A stretch of DNA of 64,000 nucleotides from assembly GCA_963827275.1 (NCBI GenBank), contig CAWHAA010000010.1:224001-288000 (forward strand), read 5' to 3'. Shown here one piece after another: positions 60,759 to 64,000 of the stretch. The notes under the pieces are model-generated. The model was not told where the DNA came from, ran no database searches, and saw nothing but the letters and a program-made list of their open reading frames with translations. The position numbers and the translations under genes were made by a program. Source of the stretch: an uncultured Spirochaetota bacterium. GTDB taxonomy: Bacteria; Spirochaetota; UBA4802; UBA5550. Every line of letters begins with the position of its first letter. Positions within the stretch are counted from its first letter, which is position 1.

Positions 60759-60817
60759 ACCGATAGTTATCGGTGATCCCGCGGGGTCAGAGCAAATTAA
60801 GGACCGATAGTTATCGT
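60759..60817. repeat. Two ACCGATAGTTATCG(G)T palindromes flanking GGGGTCAGAGCAAA
   Basis: 60759-60774 perfect, 60803-60817 near-perfect; same motif at 39855-39888. Confidence 0.7.
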
Positions 60818-61030
60818 TAGGTCCAAGGAGACAGAGTAACCCGTCGCCGGACACGACGTCCGGCGGTGCGAGGATGGCCCAGGATGGGCCTTCCGGAGCG
60901 AAAGCCGAGTGTTCCTTATGACATTCTTAGCAGGCATTCAGATGATAACCTGATACAAAATGCACGCCTTACGAAAATCAATAACCGACGCAGGCATGCC
61001 CCCGCCGGCAGGCGGCGCGAGGAGGGGGTC

Positions 61031-61068
61031 TAAGGGGGAGGATGGCCGCGGTGCCATCCTCCCCCTTA
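61031..61068. other. Perfect 16-bp-stem hairpin in the SPL/HIT intergenic region
   Basis: TAAGGGGGAGGATGGC-CGCGGT-GCCATCCTCCCCCTTA. Confidence 0.75.
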
Positions 61069-61195
61069 TATAATTGCCTGACCCGGCACACGGGTCATCT
61101 GTTGCAAATTAGATACTTGACTTTTATCATTTTCCCGTTTCCAATGTGTCCATTCCCGGCATACCACCGGAAAAACACAATCACTGGAGACTGCC

Positions 61196-61543
61196 ATGGG
61201 CTGTCTGTTCTGCAACATCATCAAGGGAGAAATACCGTCAAAGAAGGTCTACGAAAACGACAGGGTCTATGCCTTTGAGGACATCAACCCGCAGGCGCCG
61301 GTCCATGTGCTGGTGATACACAAGGACCATATCGACAGGATCGAGGACCTTAACGCCGGCAACAGCTCGATCATGGCGGACCTCTTCCTCGCGGTAAAGG
61401 AGATCGCACGGATCACCGGCATCGATGAAAAAGGCTTCCGGGTAATCATCAACAACGGCGCCGCGGGCGGCCAGGTGATCTGGCACCTGCATGTCCACGT
61501 GATGGGCGGCAGGGACGACATGGGCCCTATGGTTGTTCGCTGA
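61196..61543 (+). CDS. Histidine triad nucleotide-binding protein (HinT-like)
   Basis: 'CLFC', 'DINPQAPVHVLVI', 'GQVIWHLHVHVMGG'. Confidence 0.95.
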   Translation: MGCLFCNIIKGEIPSKKVYENDRVYAFEDINPQAPVHVLVIHKDHIDRIEDLNAGNSSIMADLFLAVKEIARITGIDEKGFRVIINNGAAGGQVIWHLHVHVMGGRDDMGPMVVR

Positions 61544-62807
61544 CCTTTTTTGCCTTCCGCTTCTGGACGATGACCTTTTCCACGGACCTCTCGGTGGCCT
61601 CGTCGATGATAAAGGTATACCTGTCGTAGTGGAACCGGTCGCCCTTTCGCGGTATCTTCCCCATCCGGTACGCCACGAAGCCCGCCAGGGTCTCAAAGTC
61701 CTTTTTCTCGATGGCGAGCTTGAAGCGTTTCATAAAAAATTCGATGTCCATCCTGCCGCTCACCGCGAACCGGTTCCTCCCCAGCTCGGTCAGCAGCTCC
61801 TCTTCCGACTGGTCGCGCGTCTGGATCTCCCCCACCACCTCTTCGGCGATGTCCTCGTGGGTGACCATGCCGATCACCCCGCCATGCTCGTTCACGACGA
61901 ATACCATGGGGATGAGGTTCTCCACCATCTCGGAATAGATCTCGACTATCCGTTTCGTCGCGGGCACGTAATAGGCCCTGTTCATGACATCGGCGATCTT
62001 TTTAGCGTTACGGTTCTTCAAAATCTCGCGGTAAAAGACATAGCCGACGATGTTGTCCACGCGTTTTTCATACACGGGCACCCTCGAAAACCTGTTCTTC
62101 ACGATCACATCGGTGAGCTCTTTCACGCCCTGGTCCAGCTCCACCGAAACGATATCAATGGTCGGCGTCATGATCTCTCTCGCGGTAATGCCCTTGAACG
62201 AGAGGATTTCCGAGACATACACGTGGTGCTCCTCGTCGATGACGCCCTCCTCCTTGCCCATCCTGAACAGGATGTCGATCTCTTCCCGCGACCGCACGCC
62301 CCGCCGCTCCGGCGCGGTGATACCGAGGAGCGATTTCAGTGCGCCGGAAAAAAGAAGCGCCACCTTCACCGCCGGCTTCATGACCGCCATCAGGGCCAGG
62401 AGCGGATAGGAACAGACCATCAGGAATGTCTCGGCGCGGGCCCGCGCAACGACCTTCGGCGTCACCTCGCAGAGTATCAGGAACAGGACGGTCTGTACCG
62501 CGGTCACCGCGAGCAGTCCGGGCTCGTCCAGTAAAAACGCGCTTGTCGCTATGTAGGTAATGAAGGCGGCCGAGGCAATGTTGACGATATTGTTGCCGAT
62601 GAGGATCATGCTTACAACGTCCTCGACATTATCGAGGACCTGGAGCGAACGCGCGGCGTTGCGGTTCCCCGCATCGGAAAGGGCCTCGAGCTCAAACCTC
62701 CGCGACGTGAGGATGGCGGTCTCCGACCCCGAGAAGAAGAAGGAAAGGAGCATCATCACGAATATCAGGAAGAGGTAGAGCTGGAACTGTAAAACCATCA
62801 TTATCAT
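61527..62807 (-). CDS. CNNM/hemolysin-family protein (DUF21-CBS-CorC)
   Basis: 'FFSGSETA', 'ILIGNNIVN', 'EIMTP', 'FSRVPVY', 'VVNEHGG', 'ETLAG'. Confidence 0.92.
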   Translation of the reverse strand: MIMMVLQFQLYLFLIFVMMLLSFFFSGSETAILTSRRFELEALSDAGNRNAARSLQVLDNVEDVVSMILIGNNIVNIASAAFITYIATSAFLLDEPGLLAVTAVQTVLFLILCEVTPKVVARARAETFLMVCSYPLLALMAVMKPAVKVALLFSGALKSLLGITAPERRGVRSREEIDILFRMGKEEGVIDEEHHVYVSEILSFKGITAREIMTPTIDIVSVELDQGVKELTDVIVKNRFSRVPVYEKRVDNIVGYVFYREILKNRNAKKIADVMNRAYYVPATKRIVEIYSEMVENLIPMVFVVNEHGGVIGMVTHEDIAEEVVGEIQTRDQSEEELLTELGRNRFAVSGRMDIEFFMKRFKLAIEKKDFETLAGFVAYRMGKIPRKGDRFHYDRYTFIIDEATERSVEKVIVQKRKAKKVSEQP

Positions 62808-64000
62808 TTTTCCGCGCCCTCCCCGCCCGCTGCCGGCACCACTTCCACGGTCTCGATCTTGTTTTTCCTGATGTACCGGACCCTGAGGATATACTGGCCT
62901 GCGGCGAGCTCCTGGCCGCGCTTCGGGATGTACGACAGGCGCTCTATGATATAACCGCCGATGGTGTCCGCGTTCTGGCTCTCGAGGCGCTCGCCGAAGA
63001 GATGGTTGAAGTCCTCGATTTGCATCTCGCCGGATATGACGCGGACGTTCCCGTCGATAAAGCGTATATCGTGCTTCGAGTCATCCTCCCATTTTGTCAT
63101 GTCCCGGCCCATCAGCTCGGAGAGCAGCTTGTTGAGGGTCACCACGCCCGCGGTGCCGCCGTATTCGTCCACGACCACGGCGATCTGTATCCCTTCAGAG
63201 AGAAAATCATTCAAAAGATCGTGGAGCTCCCGCGAGGCGGGAAAAAACGTGATCTCCCGGATAAAGCGGTTGATGTTCTTCGCCTTTTTCTGCCCCAGGA
63301 AGCAGGGGATCATGTCGCGCGAGTCGATGACGCCTATCACGTGGTCGAAATCATCACGGTATACCGGGGCCCTGATGACCCCCGACTCGAGAAACACCTT
63401 CATCGCCTCGGGAACCGTCGCCCCGTACGGGATGAACACCGCACTGCTGCGGGGGAACATGATATTGGACGCGTCCTTCTTTGAAAACCTGAGCACGTTG
63501 GTTATGAATGTCCCCTCGCTCTTGCCGATCACGCCGTGCAGTTCCCCCATTTTAACGGCATGCCTGAGCTCGTCCTTCGTGATCTCCGAATGGCCCAGGT
63601 CCAGATGAAAGACGCGCATCATCAGGTTGGTATACAGGAGCAGAAAGGCCCTGACCGGGGCAAGCAGGACATGGAAAAACCTGACCAGCGGCAGGACCTT
63701 CCGCGAAAATGATTCAGACGAGGTCATCGCAATGATCTTGGGGGATATCTCGCAGAATATGATGACCAGGGGCGTTACAATGGCGATCGAGATGAAATGG
63801 CCCCAGTCATGCCATACGCTCAGGAGGTACTTGGTGGACAGCATCGACACGGTCAGGTTGACGAAGAGGTTCCCGGTCAGGATGGTGATGAGCACCTTCT
63901 GCGGCTCCCGCATGAGGGCAGCCAGGGACTTTTCGCTCCATTCCTTTGAATGTGAATACCGGTGAAGGTCGGATTTTTTCAGTGAAAAAAAGGCGCTCTC
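62804..64000 (-). CDS. CNNM/hemolysin-family protein, 5' end beyond the window
   Basis: Frame open to the window end (ESAFFSL...); 'TILTGNLFVN', 'VVDEYGGTAG', 'DTIGG'. Confidence 0.9.
   Translation of the reverse strand, partial: ESAFFSLKKSDLHRYSHSKEWSEKSLAALMREPQKVLITILTGNLFVNLTVSMLSTKYLLSVWHDWGHFISIAIVTPLVIIFCEISPKIIAMTSSESFSRKVLPLVRFFHVLLAPVRAFLLLYTNLMMRVFHLDLGHSEITKDELRHAVKMGELHGVIGKSEGTFITNVLRFSKKDASNIMFPRSSAVFIPYGATVPEAMKVFLESGVIRAPVYRDDFDHVIGVIDSRDMIPCFLGQKKAKNINRFIREITFFPASRELHDLLNDFLSEGIQIAVVVDEYGGTAGVVTLNKLLSELMGRDMTKWEDDSKHDIRFIDGNVRVISGEMQIEDFNHLFGERLESQNADTIGGYIIERLSYIPKRGQELAAGQYILRVRYIRKNKIETVEVVPAAGGEGAEK

Noticed and set aside
60870..60910. SRP RNA (TCCGGAAGG on the minus strand)
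   Set aside because: Lacks the flanking CAGG...AGCAG conserved internal loop

Overview
This is a bacterial chromosomal window, probably from an uncultured Spirochaetota lineage. That assignment is inferred from the proA-nadD-LCP/LytR-rsfS order and is not proven. About 1-29.3 kb is an AT-richer, strand-alternating Wzx/Wzy-type exopolysaccharide/capsule locus. It holds a priming transferase, short OPX, beta-barrel, Wzc-like protein with a degenerate kinase, flippase, polymerase/ligase, glycosyltransferases and wecB, plus many tailoring genes (ACP, NadE-like, GNAT, SGNH-like lipoproteins, acyl/acetyltransferases, deacetylases). About 29.6-64 kb is GC-richer and mostly housekeeping (class I adenylate cyclase, dacB, acyl-CoA ligase, hybrid kinase, rsfS, nadD, proA, purC, fliS, prfB, HIT, CNNM pair). 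The most striking unexplained structure is a family of four co-oriented intergenic elements at 32.4-39.8 kb. Each is bounded by inverted C/G-rich hairpin repeats (CCCCCCTGTCCCCCGNNGGGGGCACG). One carries an intact DUF559/Vsr-like endonuclease gene and three carry differently deleted or mosaic remnants of it, suggesting a transposase-free REP-endonuclease mobile system with non-autonomous derivatives. Three genes carry single-base frameshifts, possibly assembly errors; one sits on a canonical A_AAA_AAG slippery site. No rRNA, tRNA or CRISPR array was recognised.
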